Source: a bacterium (lineage in GTDB: Bacteria > UBA8248). Taken from it: a stretch of 64,000 nt of DNA. This document shows positions 1 through 9,802 of this stretch, piece after piece. Location of the stretch: NCBI GenBank assembly GCA_965203325.1, contig OZ241875.1, forward strand, positions 1,568,001 through 1,632,000, in the 5' to 3' direction. Within the stretch, counting starts at the first letter, position 1. Every line of letters starts with the position of its first letter. The notes under the pieces were generated by a model. It was not told where the DNA came from, did not search any database, and saw only the letters and a program-made list of their open reading frames with translations. The translations under genes and the position numbers were made by a program.

Positions 1-592
1 GACACAAGGGATCACGCCGCTCGTGCGCGTGGCGTCGCTCGACCCGCACCTGAGCACGCGGATTCTGGACTCAGGCGCGCAGGGCATCGTCCTGCCGCAC
101 GTGAACAACGCGCAAGAGGCCGAGGAATTCGTCAAAATCTGCAAATTCCCGCCCGAGGGCGGACGCAGCGCGGGCGGGGGGCTGGCCCACGGCCGCTTCG
201 AGGCCATGGACCCGATGGCGCTTCTGAGCGGCATCAACGACGAGACGCTGCTCGTCGCCATGATCGAGACGCCCGAAGCAGGCGATGAGGCGGACGCCAT
301 CGCCGCCGTGGAGGGAATCGACGTGCTGCTCATCGGCACGAACGACCTGAGCCTGGGGATGGGCATCGTCGGCCAGCACGACCACCCCAAAGTCAACAAG
401 GTGTATGACCAGGTGAACGCCGCCTGTCAGAAACACGGCAAGATAGCCGGCATGGGCGGGTCCTATGATCCCAGGATGATCGAGCGCAGAATCAAGGAGG
501 GGATGCGCTTCATCCTCTCGGGCAGCGACCTGAACTTCATGAGCGCCGGCGCCAAGGCCCAGGCGGACATGATTCGAGAACTCGCGGGTTGA
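1..592 (+). CDS. HpcH/HpaI class II aldolase family protein (5' truncated by window edge)
   Basis: ILDSGAQGIVLPHV, AMIET, GIDVLLIGTNDLS motifs; frame open to window start. Confidence 0.85.
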   Translation, partial: TQGITPLVRVASLDPHLSTRILDSGAQGIVLPHVNNAQEAEEFVKICKFPPEGGRSAGGGLAHGRFEAMDPMALLSGINDETLLVAMIETPEAGDEADAIAAVEGIDVLLIGTNDLSLGMGIVGQHDHPKVNKVYDQVNAACQKHGKIAGMGGSYDPRMIERRIKEGMRFILSGSDLNFMSAGAKAQADMIRELAG

Positions 593-649
593 GTTTCCCG
601 CTCAAACTCCAATTGCCATTCGCAATTTTCATGATAACGGGGAGAAAAA

Positions 650-1492
650 ATGAAACTTTTGACTTATGAATCGGATACGGGCCCGCGCGTCGCTGTATTA
701 ACGGAAAACGGCGTGGAGGACGTCGTCCCCCAGACGGGCGACGCTGCGGAAGTCATCGCCCGGGGCGGGACGCCCGAGACCAGCGGCGAGCCGGTGGCGT
801 TCGAATCCATCAAAATGCTCCCGCCGGTGGCGAAACTCGCGCGGCCCGTCATCGCCGTGGGGCTCAACTACAAGAAACACGCCGATGAGGGTGCGCGCAA
901 ATACGGACGCCCGGTGGGCGTCTACCCCGAGATTCCGGTGTTCTTCTGCAAGTGGCCGGGTTCGCACAACAGGCCGGACGGGGAAATCATCATGCACGGG
1001 AACGTGAACGAACTCGACTATGAGTGCGAACTCGTCATCGTGATCGGCAAGGAGGGAATCAACATCTCCGTCGAAGAAGCCATGAATCACGTATACGGCT
1101 ACACCATCATGAACGAGGTATCGGCGCGGGACGTGCAGCGCGCCCACAACCAGTGGTTCAAGGGCAAGGCGCTCGACAGCTTCGGCCCCTTGGGCCCCTG
1201 GATCGTCACCAAGGACGAGGCGGGCGACGGGAACAATCTGGCCGTGATGACGCGCGTGAACGGCCGGACGCGGCAGAGCTCGAACACGAACGACATGATC
1301 TTCGATATCGCCACCGTCGTCTCTGTGCTTTCGGAGAGCTTCACGCTCGTGCCCGGCGACATGATCGCCACCGGCACGCCCGAGGGCGTGGGCTTCGCCA
1401 TGGACCCGCCGGGGCTTCTGAACGTGGGCGACGTGGTGGAGTGCGAGGTCGAGAACATCGGCGTGCTCAGGAGCACCGTCGTCGCGCCGTAA
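650..1492 (+). CDS. Fumarylacetoacetate hydrolase family protein
   Basis: VGLNY, LDYECEL, NEVSARD, GKALDSFGPLGP, GDMIATGTPEGVG motifs; RBS GGGAG. Confidence 0.92.
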   Translation: MKLLTYESDTGPRVAVLTENGVEDVVPQTGDAAEVIARGGTPETSGEPVAFESIKMLPPVAKLARPVIAVGLNYKKHADEGARKYGRPVGVYPEIPVFFCKWPGSHNRPDGEIIMHGNVNELDYECELVIVIGKEGINISVEEAMNHVYGYTIMNEVSARDVQRAHNQWFKGKALDSFGPLGPWIVTKDEAGDGNNLAVMTRVNGRTRQSSNTNDMIFDIATVVSVLSESFTLVPGDMIATGTPEGVGFAMDPPGLLNVGDVVECEVENIGVLRSTVVAP

Positions 1493-1583
1493 ACCCTTGA
1501 TGAAGGTGGGCTGATTCCGGCGATTTTGGAGATACGAGCGCACCGAGGACATTCCGTGGAACTTCGCCCCGGCGAATGGGACT

Positions 1584-2084
1584 TTACGTCAGCGTTTGCT
1601 TGAGGTAGGGCACGAGGCCGCCCGCCTTCACCATGTCCATGATGTGGTCGGGCAGGGGCTCGGCTTGTAAGGTCTGGCCCTTCGTGAGGTTCTCGACCCT
1701 GCCCGCGATGGGGTCGACGCGGACGCGGTCGCCCTGCGCTATCGATTCCGCATCGGCGCAGATGAGCACGGGCAGCCCGATGCAAAGAGAATTCCTGAAA
1801 AAATTCCGCGCGAACGTCCGCGCGATGACGGCGCCCACGCCCGCGCCCTTGATGCCGCGCGGGGCCGTCTCGCGGCTCGAGCCGCAGCCGAAGTTCCGCC
1901 CGCCGATGATGACGTCGCCCGCCTGCACGTTTTTGGGGAAATCGGGGTCGACCCCCTCCATGGCGTGCGCGCCCAGTTCCTCATCGGGCAGGCTCGCGTA
2001 TTTGGAAGGCATGATGTAACCCGTATCCACGTTGTCGCCGAACACCCAGGCGCCGCCCTCGATGGTTTGCGTCTCGCCCCTCAT
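1584..2084 (-). CDS. leuD: 3-isopropylmalate dehydratase-like small subunit
   Basis: GDNVDT, NFGCGSSRETAP, GGLVPY; ATG at 2084 overlaps the large-subunit stop (ATGA). Confidence 0.85.
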   Translation of the reverse strand: MRGETQTIEGGAWVFGDNVDTGYIMPSKYASLPDEELGAHAMEGVDPDFPKNVQAGDVIIGGRNFGCGSSRETAPRGIKGAGVGAVIARTFARNFFRNSLCIGLPVLICADAESIAQGDRVRVDPIAGRVENLTKGQTLQAEPLPDHIMDMVKAGGLVPYLKQTLT

Positions 2085-3346
2085 GAGATGAACTCCCTCG
2101 GGTCGGCCACGCGGCCCTTGACGGCGCTCGCCGCCACCGTGGCGGCCGAGGCCAGGTATATCGACGCCTCGGCGCTTCCCATGCGTCCCTTGTAGTTGCG
2201 GTTGGCCGAGGAGATGCACACCTCCCCGTCCCCGAGTTGTCCCGGCCCCCGGCCCGCGCATACCCCGCACGTGGTGGGCAGGAGCACGCCGCCCGCGTCG
2301 ATGAGCGCGCCGAGCGTTCCGTCCGCCATGGCCTTGCTCATGATGTCCTTGCTCGCGGGCGCGATGAGAAGCTGAAGCCCGTGGGCGACCCGCCTGCCCT
2401 TCAAGACGGCCGCCGCCGCCTGCAGATCGAGGAGCTTCGCGCCCGTACACGAGCCGATGTGCGCGCGATGGAGAGGCGGCGAGTCCACCTCCTCGACCGG
2501 GTAGACGTTGTCCATCCTGTGGGGACACGCCACCTGGGGCGACAGATCCGACACGTCGTAATCGTAGGAGGAAAAGTAAGTCGCATCCGCGTCTGAGCGC
2601 ACGGCCTCCCAGCCGTCCTCCACACCTGCGTCTTTGAGATATTCCGCCGTCGCCTCGTCCACGTCGATGATGGCGCTTTTGGCGCTGAACTCGGCCGCCA
2701 TGTTGGAGAGCGTCATGCGGTCCTCCACGGGCAGCGCCATGAGCGCCTCGCCCTCGAACTGGAGCACTTTATACTCCGCCCCGTCGACCTTGAGGTCCTT
2801 GAGCGCGAGCAGCGCCATGTCCTTCCCGTAAATCCCGGCGGGAACCCGGCCCTTGAAGTGGACCCGTATCGTCTCGGGCACGCGCAGCCAGACCTCGCCC
2901 TTGGCGAGCACGCCGATGCTCTCCGTCGGGCCGATGGCCACACCCAGTGCCCCCAGCGCGCCGGTGTTGGTCGTATGGCTGTCCGTGCCGGTGACGAGAA
3001 CGCCCGGGCGCACGAAGCCCTTCTCCGCCATCAAGATGTGGCAGATGCCCTCCGCGTCGTAGAAATGGGAGAGTTCCTGCTCGGCCGCCCAGGCTCTGGT
3101 GACGTTCAGCACCTTCGACTGCGAGTCGCCGGTGGGCGGGTTGTGGTGGTCGGCCGTGAGCATGAAGCGATCCTTGTTCCAGATGGGGAGGCCGAGTTCG
3201 GCGAAATCCTTCCCCATGCGGAACGGCCCCTGGTTGTCGTGCATGACGTGGGCGTCGACCTTGGCCCATACGATGTCGCCCACGTCCACGCGCTCGCGCC
3301 CGCTGGCGCGGGCCAGGATTTTCTGTGTGGCGGTATCCCCGGACAA
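2081..3346 (-). CDS. leuC: 3-isopropylmalate dehydratase/aconitase-like large subunit
   Basis: DHH, GICH, DSHT, IGSCT, CGVC, NRNYKGRMG motifs; substrate may differ from canonical LeuC. Confidence 0.85.
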   Translation of the reverse strand: MSGDTATQKILARASGRERVDVGDIVWAKVDAHVMHDNQGPFRMGKDFAELGLPIWNKDRFMLTADHHNPPTGDSQSKVLNVTRAWAAEQELSHFYDAEGICHILMAEKGFVRPGVLVTGTDSHTTNTGALGALGVAIGPTESIGVLAKGEVWLRVPETIRVHFKGRVPAGIYGKDMALLALKDLKVDGAEYKVLQFEGEALMALPVEDRMTLSNMAAEFSAKSAIIDVDEATAEYLKDAGVEDGWEAVRSDADATYFSSYDYDVSDLSPQVACPHRMDNVYPVEEVDSPPLHRAHIGSCTGAKLLDLQAAAAVLKGRRVAHGLQLLIAPASKDIMSKAMADGTLGALIDAGGVLLPTTCGVCAGRGPGQLGDGEVCISSANRNYKGRMGSAEASIYLASAATVAASAVKGRVADPREFIS

Positions 3347-3451
3347 AGACGTTCTCCTTCAAATGAGGGGATGCGAAAACGCGACAGTCTTGTATACTCG
3401 CCTTGTCGCATACTATCGGACGCGAAGCAAGACTTGAGAGGTCTTGAGCAA

Positions 3452-4057
3452 ATGGCCGAAGACAAGCAAATCGACCGCAAGGCGTTCTTCACCGAAGGCC
3501 CCCTCTCCTTCATGCGCGCTTTCATGCAGGGGGTGCACCAGGGGGAAACGAGAATCCAGCCCTCGAACCTCGAAGGACCTGTTCTGCGCCCGCCGGGCGC
3601 GGCGGCGGAAGCCGATTTCCTGGACCTCTGCACGGGCAGTGCGCAATGCGCGCTCGCGTGCCCGGCAGACGCCATCCTCATGCTCCCCCGCGAGGACGGC
3701 TCGGGCCTCGAGGCGCCCCGCATCATTCCCGTGGACGGGGCCTGCGTAGTCTGCGACGACCTCTCCTGCATGAAGGTCTGCCCCACGGGCGCGCTCACCC
3801 TCGTCCCCCGCGAGGAGATTCGGGTCGGTCTGGCCGAAGTGAACCTCGAGACGTGCTACGCCTGGAACGGGACGGATGAGGAATGCAACTTCTGCGCGAC
3901 GCGCTGCCCCATCGGCGAGAGCGCGATACGCATCGAGGAGCGAGAGGACGGGAAAGGCCCCGTCATCGGCGATACGTGCGTGGGCTGCGGCACCTGCGAG
4001 CAGCACTGCCCCGAATACCCGGGCGCCGTGCGCGTGTTCCCCATCGAATCTTCCTGA
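3452..4057 (+). CDS. Polyferredoxin, NapG/MauM-like 4Fe-4S protein
   Basis: LRPPGA motif followed by four Cys clusters (CTGSAQCALACP, CVVCDDLSCMKVCP, CNFCATRCP, CVGCGTCEQHCP). Confidence 0.8.
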   Translation: MAEDKQIDRKAFFTEGPLSFMRAFMQGVHQGETRIQPSNLEGPVLRPPGAAAEADFLDLCTGSAQCALACPADAILMLPREDGSGLEAPRIIPVDGACVVCDDLSCMKVCPTGALTLVPREEIRVGLAEVNLETCYAWNGTDEECNFCATRCPIGESAIRIEEREDGKGPVIGDTCVGCGTCEQHCPEYPGAVRVFPIESS

Positions 4058-4060
4058 AAC

Positions 4061-4322
4061 GGGGCTGCTGAAAAAGCCCCCGTCGGTCGGTTTGATTTCC
4101 CCCTCACCGGTATGAAAAGCACCCCCCCCCTACCCCCCCTTGTCAGGGGGGCAAGAAAAAGCAAAACCCCCTCGGCCCGGCGGGGGCGCATCGCCTTTTT
4201 ATACCCCCCTGACAAGGGGGGTAGGGGGGGGTGGTTTCAAAGAGGGAGGTCGAGGGTTCGCGCGAAAGCGGCCTTCCCGCTAAAGGCAATGTCCCCCCGA
4301 CGAGGGGTTTTTCAACAACCCC
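4061..4322. repeat. Composite palindromic repeat / MITE-like element, copy 1
   Basis: Ends GGGGCTGCTGAAAAA ... TTTTTCAACAACCCC; internal inverted repeat CCCCCCTACCCCCCTTGTCAGGGGGG ... CCCCCTGACAAGGGGGGTAGGGGGG. Confidence 0.85.
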
Positions 4323-4350
4323 GATTGCGCCGCAGGTGTGCGGCTTATGA

Positions 4351-4851
4351 TCAGGAAAATTCCTCTTTCAGGATTTCGTGGATGAACCGCTGGACGGCGA
4401 GGGGGTAGAACCGGATGTCCGGCGTTCGGACGACGGCGGTGTCCGTGGTCTCCAGGCGCGCGAGTTCGTTCAGCACCTTTTCCACCAGAACCTCCGGGCT
4501 CCACTCGTGGTGGGTGATCTTCAGGTGCTCGTTCTCGATGTTGAAGTTGCCCGCCGCAACGGCGGGGAACGCGAACACGCGGCCGATGAGGTCGGAATCC
4601 ATCATCTCGGAATCCTCGAAAATCTCGCCGAACGTCTTCTGCGCCTCGGCGGGCGTCCACACCAGCTTGGGAGACACCAGCAGCTTGCCGGATATCTGGA
4701 CCGAACCCGCCTGCTCTTCCACCTCCGGCCCCAGCACCCGGTAGCCGAGTTCGTGATAGCCCGAGACGATGCCCACGTAAGGCCGCTGGAGGATGCGTAT
4801 CTCCTCGCTCACCTGCCTGTGGAAATCGCGCTGCATGTCGTCGTCGAACAT
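4351..4851 (-). CDS. Hypothetical protein (~166 aa)
   Basis: Protein-like composition; ATG at 4851 preceded by GGAG; no family recognised. Confidence 0.65.
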   Translation of the reverse strand: MFDDDMQRDFHRQVSEEIRILQRPYVGIVSGYHELGYRVLGPEVEEQAGSVQISGKLLVSPKLVWTPAEAQKTFGEIFEDSEMMDSDLIGRVFAFPAVAAGNFNIENEHLKITHHEWSPEVLVEKVLNELARLETTDTAVVRTPDIRFYPLAVQRFIHEILKEEFS

Positions 4852-4976
4852 CGAAACGTCTCCGTCAGGACCGAAAACCAAAAAAACGCAAGCAGGTGTT
4901 GATACCAAATGCCGCCGCGCCGGGTCAAACAAAACGAGACCACGGACGCGCCCCGTCTCTATTCTCTTCTTTTTCC

Positions 4977-6412
4977 TCAGGAATTGATAGCCCGCAAATC
5001 GCCTAAAATCTTCTCCGCCGCATCACCCGCAGATTTCACGCAATCGGGAATCCCGACGCCCCGGTAGGCGTTGCCGGCGAGAGCGAGACCCGGCGTTGCG
5101 CTCAGTCCATCCTCTATTCTGCCCACTTTCTCCAGGTGGCCCACCAGATAATGCGGCAGGGATTCCTCGTAGCGATAAAAGACTTTTCCTTCGGGTTCTC
5201 CCGAAATCCCCAGAATCGGGCGAAGCTCCTCGATCAGCTTGCGAGTCAACTCCTCATCCGTGAGCCCGGCCCGGGAGGCGGCCTCGCCTCCGGCGAAGGC
5301 GCGGATGAGCACCTTGCCCTCGGGCGCTCTGCCCGCGAACTTGGTGCTCGAAAACGAACACGCGAGGAGCGTCTTGTTCTCTATCGCCGGTACGACGAAA
5401 CCCATGGCGTGGAGCGGATTCGCCACCTGCTCGGCCCGGTAGACGAGGTTGAGCGTCGCCAGAGAGCCGCTCGGGATGCTCATCAACTCTGCCGAAATAC
5501 CGGGCGCGGCTTTCTCCAGCATCCGCGCCGCAGCACTTGGCGGCAGGGTGACGCAGACTGCATCGGCATCTATCTCCTCTCCGTCCTCAAGACGAACGCG
5601 CCAGCTTTTTCGTTTCTTTCGAGTGATTCCGCCCGGCATCCCGTCCGAACCATAGCGCCTGAAATCTTCTCCGCCAGCGCGTCCGCCAGGGCGTCCATTC
5701 CACGCTCGAAACTCACGAACAGGCCGTACCTCGGCCCGCTCGCCGAGACGCCCTCGCCAGTTCCTCGCTTTTGCATCCGCTTCCTGAGTCCCAGGATGAG
5801 GCTCCTGTGCTCTCGCTCTATCTCGTGAAACTGCGGCATGGTGGCTTTCAGGCTCAAATGTTCGGGGTCTGCCGAATAGATGCCCGCCACCATGGGCTGC
5901 GCCATTCTTTCCAACGCCTCGCGCCCGAAGCGCCTGCGCACGAAATCGGCCAGGGATTCATCCGCATCCCCACGCCTTCCGGGCAGGAGTACGTCCATCG
6001 CCATCCGGAGCTTGCCGAGCGGGCTGAAGACGGGACTCATCAAGAACGGACCGATTTGGTATGGCGCGAGAAGGTAATATCCCTGGGGCACGGGGAGCAG
6101 TTCGTCGCCCCGCAGGACGAAGCTGCGGCGATGGCGCTCGTTCGTGCCGATGAGTTGACTTCCGAGCCCCAGTTCCTCGCAGAGTTCGACGCCTTCGGGC
6201 TTAGATGCGAGAAAGCAGTCCGGGCCTTTTTCCATCAGGACACCGTCTGAGAACTCGGTCTCGATGACGCCGCCGAGCCGGGAAGACGCCTCGATGAGAT
6301 GAATATCCAGAGAGAGATTCTGCGCCTTCGAGGCCTCAAGGAGCCGGTAACAGGCCACAAGCCCCGTAACGCCTCCGCCAAGCACGACCACCCGCCGGGT
6401 TTTTGCGGTCAA
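4977..6412 (-). CDS. hemY: Protoporphyrinogen/coproporphyrinogen oxidase (HemY type), interrupted by a 1-nt frameshift at ~5606-5610
   Basis: N-half VVVLGGGVTGL, EKGPDCF, AGIYSADP; C-half LPHYLVGH, GNAYRGVGIPDCV in a second frame; one extra A in GAAAAAG rejoins the halves. Confidence 0.85.
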
Positions 6413-7371
6413 CTTCCGCTCTCCGCCATCTTCGCGCGCACCAACTCGGAGAGCATCCCGATAAAGGCGGGGTGCGTGCCCACCGTGGGCGCACGGTAGA
6501 AGCGAAGCCCCGCCGCTTCGGCCGCTTCGCGCGCCTCGATGTCCAAGTCGAAGAGCACCTCCACGTGATCGCATATGAAACCGACCGGGACCACCAGGAC
6601 GGCCTTTGCGCCACCGGCGGCGACGCTTCCGATCACCTCCGTCACGTCCGGGCCGAGCCAGGTGCCGGGAGGAACGTCCGGGCTGCTCTGAAAGCCGACC
6701 TCGTAGCTCTCAAGACCCAGTTTTTGCGCCGCGAGAGCCGCCGTTTCCCGGAATTCCTCCTCATAAGAAGAGGCCTTGGCCATGGAAACGGGTATGGAGT
6801 GGGCCGTAAAGATGACTCTCGCCACATCCGGGCCGTCCTCTTCGGGGAGGGCCTGCCTCATCCGATCGACGACGGCGTCGATGAAGCCCGGATGCTCGTG
6901 CCAGGGTTTTTCGAGAAATTCGACTTCGGGCGCATCTTCGCCCAACTCCTCGCGCGCTGTGGCGACGGCGCCCCGATAAGCCTCCCAGCTTATTTTCGTG
7001 CGATGAGGGGCCAATATGACGCCCAGCGCGCGCCTGAGTCCGCGCCCCCCCATCTCGGCCAGCGTCTCTTCCACGTAAGGCGTCCAGAAGCGATGGCCGG
7101 TATAGACGGGAACGCCCGCACCCGCTTGTTCGAGCGCCATCTCGAGCGCGCCCGCCTGTTTCTGGGAGAAAAACGTGAAGGGCGATACGCCGCCGAAGTA
7201 TTCATAGTGCGCGGCCACCTCCCGGATGCGCTCGGGGCCGCCCGACCTCTGGCCCACGATGCCCTCCACGTAGCAATACGCCTCGCCCGGACATTCCTCG
7301 TAGCGGCGGCAGCAGCCCCGCGTGGGGCCGCCGAAGCCGATCATGATGATGGAATCGAACTTGTCCTTCAT
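6409..7371 (-). CDS. hemH: Ferrochelatase
   Basis: FTAHSIP, WLGPD, PVGFICDHVEVLFDLD; ATGA overlap with hemE. Confidence 0.92.
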   Translation of the reverse strand: MKDKFDSIIMIGFGGPTRGCCRRYEECPGEAYCYVEGIVGQRSGGPERIREVAAHYEYFGGVSPFTFFSQKQAGALEMALEQAGAGVPVYTGHRFWTPYVEETLAEMGGRGLRRALGVILAPHRTKISWEAYRGAVATAREELGEDAPEVEFLEKPWHEHPGFIDAVVDRMRQALPEEDGPDVARVIFTAHSIPVSMAKASSYEEEFRETAALAAQKLGLESYEVGFQSSPDVPPGTWLGPDVTEVIGSVAAGGAKAVLVVPVGFICDHVEVLFDLDIEAREAAEAAGLRFYRAPTVGTHPAFIGMLSELVRAKMAESGS

Positions 7372-8432
7372 TCGGCCTCCGCTTCCCATTCCTGAACGAA
7401 CCCGATGAGTCTCTTGACGTTCTCGACCGGCGTGCCCGGCAATATCCCGTGTCCCAGGTTGAATATGTGGCCCGGACGCGCAGCCCCCTGCCGCAGGACA
7501 TCCTCCGTTCGCTCATAGATACGCTCAGGCGCCGCGAACAGGACGCACGGGTCGAGGTTCCCTTGAACGCCCATATCGCCCAGCCGCTCCCTGGCGTCGG
7601 CCAGTTCCACGCGGAAATCCACCCCCGCCACGTCGCCGCCCGCCCCTGCGAACGCTTCCAGATAGGGCGCGGTTCCCGTGCCGAAGTGGATGACGGGCGC
7701 GCCCTTTTCGATTCCCGCGATCAGCGCGCGGCTGTGCGGCAGGACGAACTCCCGGAAATCAGCGGGCGAGAGGCAACCCACCCAGCTGTCGAAAATCTGC
7801 ACCGCCTGCGCGCCCGCGCGTATCTGTTCGTTCAGGTAGATGGTCAACCCGCGCACGAGCTTTTCCATCAGCGCGTGCCACGCGCCCGAATCGGCGTACA
7901 TGAACCTCTTGGTGTTCTCGAAATTGCGCGAGCCGCCGCCTTCGATCATATAAGACGCGAGCGTGAAGGGCGCGCCGCAGAAGCCGATGAGCGGAAGGGC
8001 GGGGTTCATCTGCTCCCTGGTTTTCCGGACCGCATCGAAGACAAAGCCAAGGCTCTCGCGCGGCTCCGCCTCCCGCAGGCGCTCCACGTCCGAAGCCTCC
8101 CGGACCGGGTTGTGGAGAACGGGGCCTCCCTCCGGGTATTCCAGGTCCATGCCCATGGGTTGCAAGATGAGCAGAATGTCCGAGAACAGGATGGCTGCGT
8201 CCGCCCCGATGGCGTCGAGCGCCGTTACGGCGACCTCGGCGGCCAGATCGGGCGTGCGGCAAAGCTCGATGAAGGAGACCTTCTCGCGAACGGCGCGGTA
8301 CTCGCGCATGTACCTGCCCGCCTGACGCATGAGCCAGACGGGCGTCCTCGCGTTGGGAAGCCCCCGGCAGGCGCGCATGAAGGCGGAATCCGCATACGCG
8401 GGCGCGTTTTCCACTGCTGGATGCGCCGACAT
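7368..8432 (-). CDS. hemE: Uroporphyrinogen decarboxylase
   Basis: PVWLMRQAGRY, FSDIL, QGNLDP, HIFNLGHG. Confidence 0.95.
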   Translation of the reverse strand: MSAHPAVENAPAYADSAFMRACRGLPNARTPVWLMRQAGRYMREYRAVREKVSFIELCRTPDLAAEVAVTALDAIGADAAILFSDILLILQPMGMDLEYPEGGPVLHNPVREASDVERLREAEPRESLGFVFDAVRKTREQMNPALPLIGFCGAPFTLASYMIEGGGSRNFENTKRFMYADSGAWHALMEKLVRGLTIYLNEQIRAGAQAVQIFDSWVGCLSPADFREFVLPHSRALIAGIEKGAPVIHFGTGTAPYLEAFAGAGGDVAGVDFRVELADARERLGDMGVQGNLDPCVLFAAPERIYERTEDVLRQGAARPGHIFNLGHGILPGTPVENVKRLIGFVQEWEAEAE

Positions 8433-8627
8433 GAACCCCTCCTTCAAAACATGTGAGAACCCGTCCTTCCGGGCGGGCCGGATGAAGCCAGTCTAATCCA
8501 AAAACCGCGCCCTCGCCTATCGGGCGAGCCGAATTGACACAAGAGAATGAATGCCGCTCGCTGGACAACGCCGGTTCAGGTAGGATAATAAAGATTCTTG
8601 ATTTCGGGCATCACGCCCCGACACCCC

Positions 8628-8702
8628 GGCGCCATAGCCAAGTGGTAAGGCAGAGGACTGCAAATCCTTTATTCCCCGGTTCGAATCCGGGTGGCGCCTC
8701 CA
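8628..8702 (+). tRNA. tRNA-Cys (GCA)
   Basis: GGCGCCA acceptor stem pairing with TGGCGCC, anticodon loop CTGCAAA, T-loop GGTTCGAATCC, encoded CCA. Confidence 0.95.
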
Positions 8703-8727
8703 ATATCCCCCGGAGGGAGACGATTCG

Positions 8728-9360
8728 ATGGAGCAGACGACAGCGTCCAGGATAGAAACGAAAGAAGAGCTTCGCGAGTTCTACGGCCCGGCCAACGAGC
8801 GCAGCGTCAAGAAGCAGATGGCGAAGCTCGACGAGCACGCCAGGAATTTCATCGCGCTCTCTCCTTTCATGGTCATCTCCTCCGCCACGCCGGACGGCGC
8901 GGACGCATCTCCTAAAGGGGATCCGCCCGGATTCGTCAAGGTGATCGACGAGAGCACGCTGATCATCCCCGACAGGCCGGGCAACAACCGCGTCGACACC
9001 ATGAGCAACATCGTGGAGAACAACCACGTCGGCCTCCTCTTCCTCGTACCCGGCATGTGCGAGACGCTGCGCGTGAACGGGCGGGCGCGCATCACGACGG
9101 ACCCCGAAGTCCTCGAACCGCACTCGGTGAAGGGCCGGCCCCCCCGGTCGGCGATGATCGTCGACGTGGACGACGTGTATCTCCACTGCGGAAAGGCGCT
9201 CATCCGCGCGGACCTCTGGAACGCGGAAAAACACATCGAGAGAAAGTCTTTTCCCTCGATGGGCCAGATGCTCTCCGATCAGATAGCCGAAGACGGCTAC
9301 GGCGACGGAGAGGAAATGGACAAGGGCATCCAGGAGAGGTACAAGACGGGCCTCTATTAG
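8728..9360 (+). CDS. Pyridoxamine 5'-phosphate oxidase-like flavin-binding protein (MSMEG_1061-like)
   Basis: DASPKGDPPGFV, PDRPGNNRVDT, ETLRVNG, YLHCGKALIRADLW. Confidence 0.85.
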   Translation: MEQTTASRIETKEELREFYGPANERSVKKQMAKLDEHARNFIALSPFMVISSATPDGADASPKGDPPGFVKVIDESTLIIPDRPGNNRVDTMSNIVENNHVGLLFLVPGMCETLRVNGRARITTDPEVLEPHSVKGRPPRSAMIVDVDDVYLHCGKALIRADLWNAEKHIERKSFPSMGQMLSDQIAEDGYGDGEEMDKGIQERYKTGLY

Positions 9361-9420
9361 CCACAAGCAGGGCGGACGCACGGATCCGCCTCTGATAAAA
9401 CATTGCGTTTTCGTTTCTCC

Positions 9421-9788
9421 GTAGGGGCGCTTCGCGAAGCGCCCAACCCCTCCGACAAGGGGCTGTTGAAATAGTCCTCTTCAGTTGGTATTCACCACCG
9501 TCGTCATTCCGGCAATCAATGCCGACTGAGGAGGGAGGGATTGCCCGGAATCCATTTTCAAGCAGAATGACAATACGCCGGCTTTTCATCTCCCCGTCAT
9601 TGGCGGGAACCAATCAGAAAATAAAATACAAAACCAACCCCCCCCTACCCCCCCTTGTCAGGGGGGTATGAAAAGGCGACGGCCGCCACCGGTAGAGGGG
9701 CATTTGTTTTTTCTTGCCCCCCTGACAAGGGGGGGTAGGGGGGGTTGCCTTTATCCCCTGAGGAGGGGGACTTTTTCAACAACTCCCC
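9421..9788. repeat. GTAG-REP-like hairpin plus composite MITE-like repeat, copy 2
   Basis: GTAGGGGCGCTTCGCGAAGCGCCC at 9421; GGGGCTGTTGAAA at 9459; same C/G-rich inverted core; ends TTTTTCAACAACTCCCC. Confidence 0.82.
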
Positions 9789-9802
9789 TCAGTCGGGACT
9801 GA

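Noticed and set aside
8628..8702. tRNA-Cys as an integration site for the phage-like genes
   Set aside because: No duplicated tRNA 3' end and no integrase were seen; the phage-like modules are more than 22 kb away.
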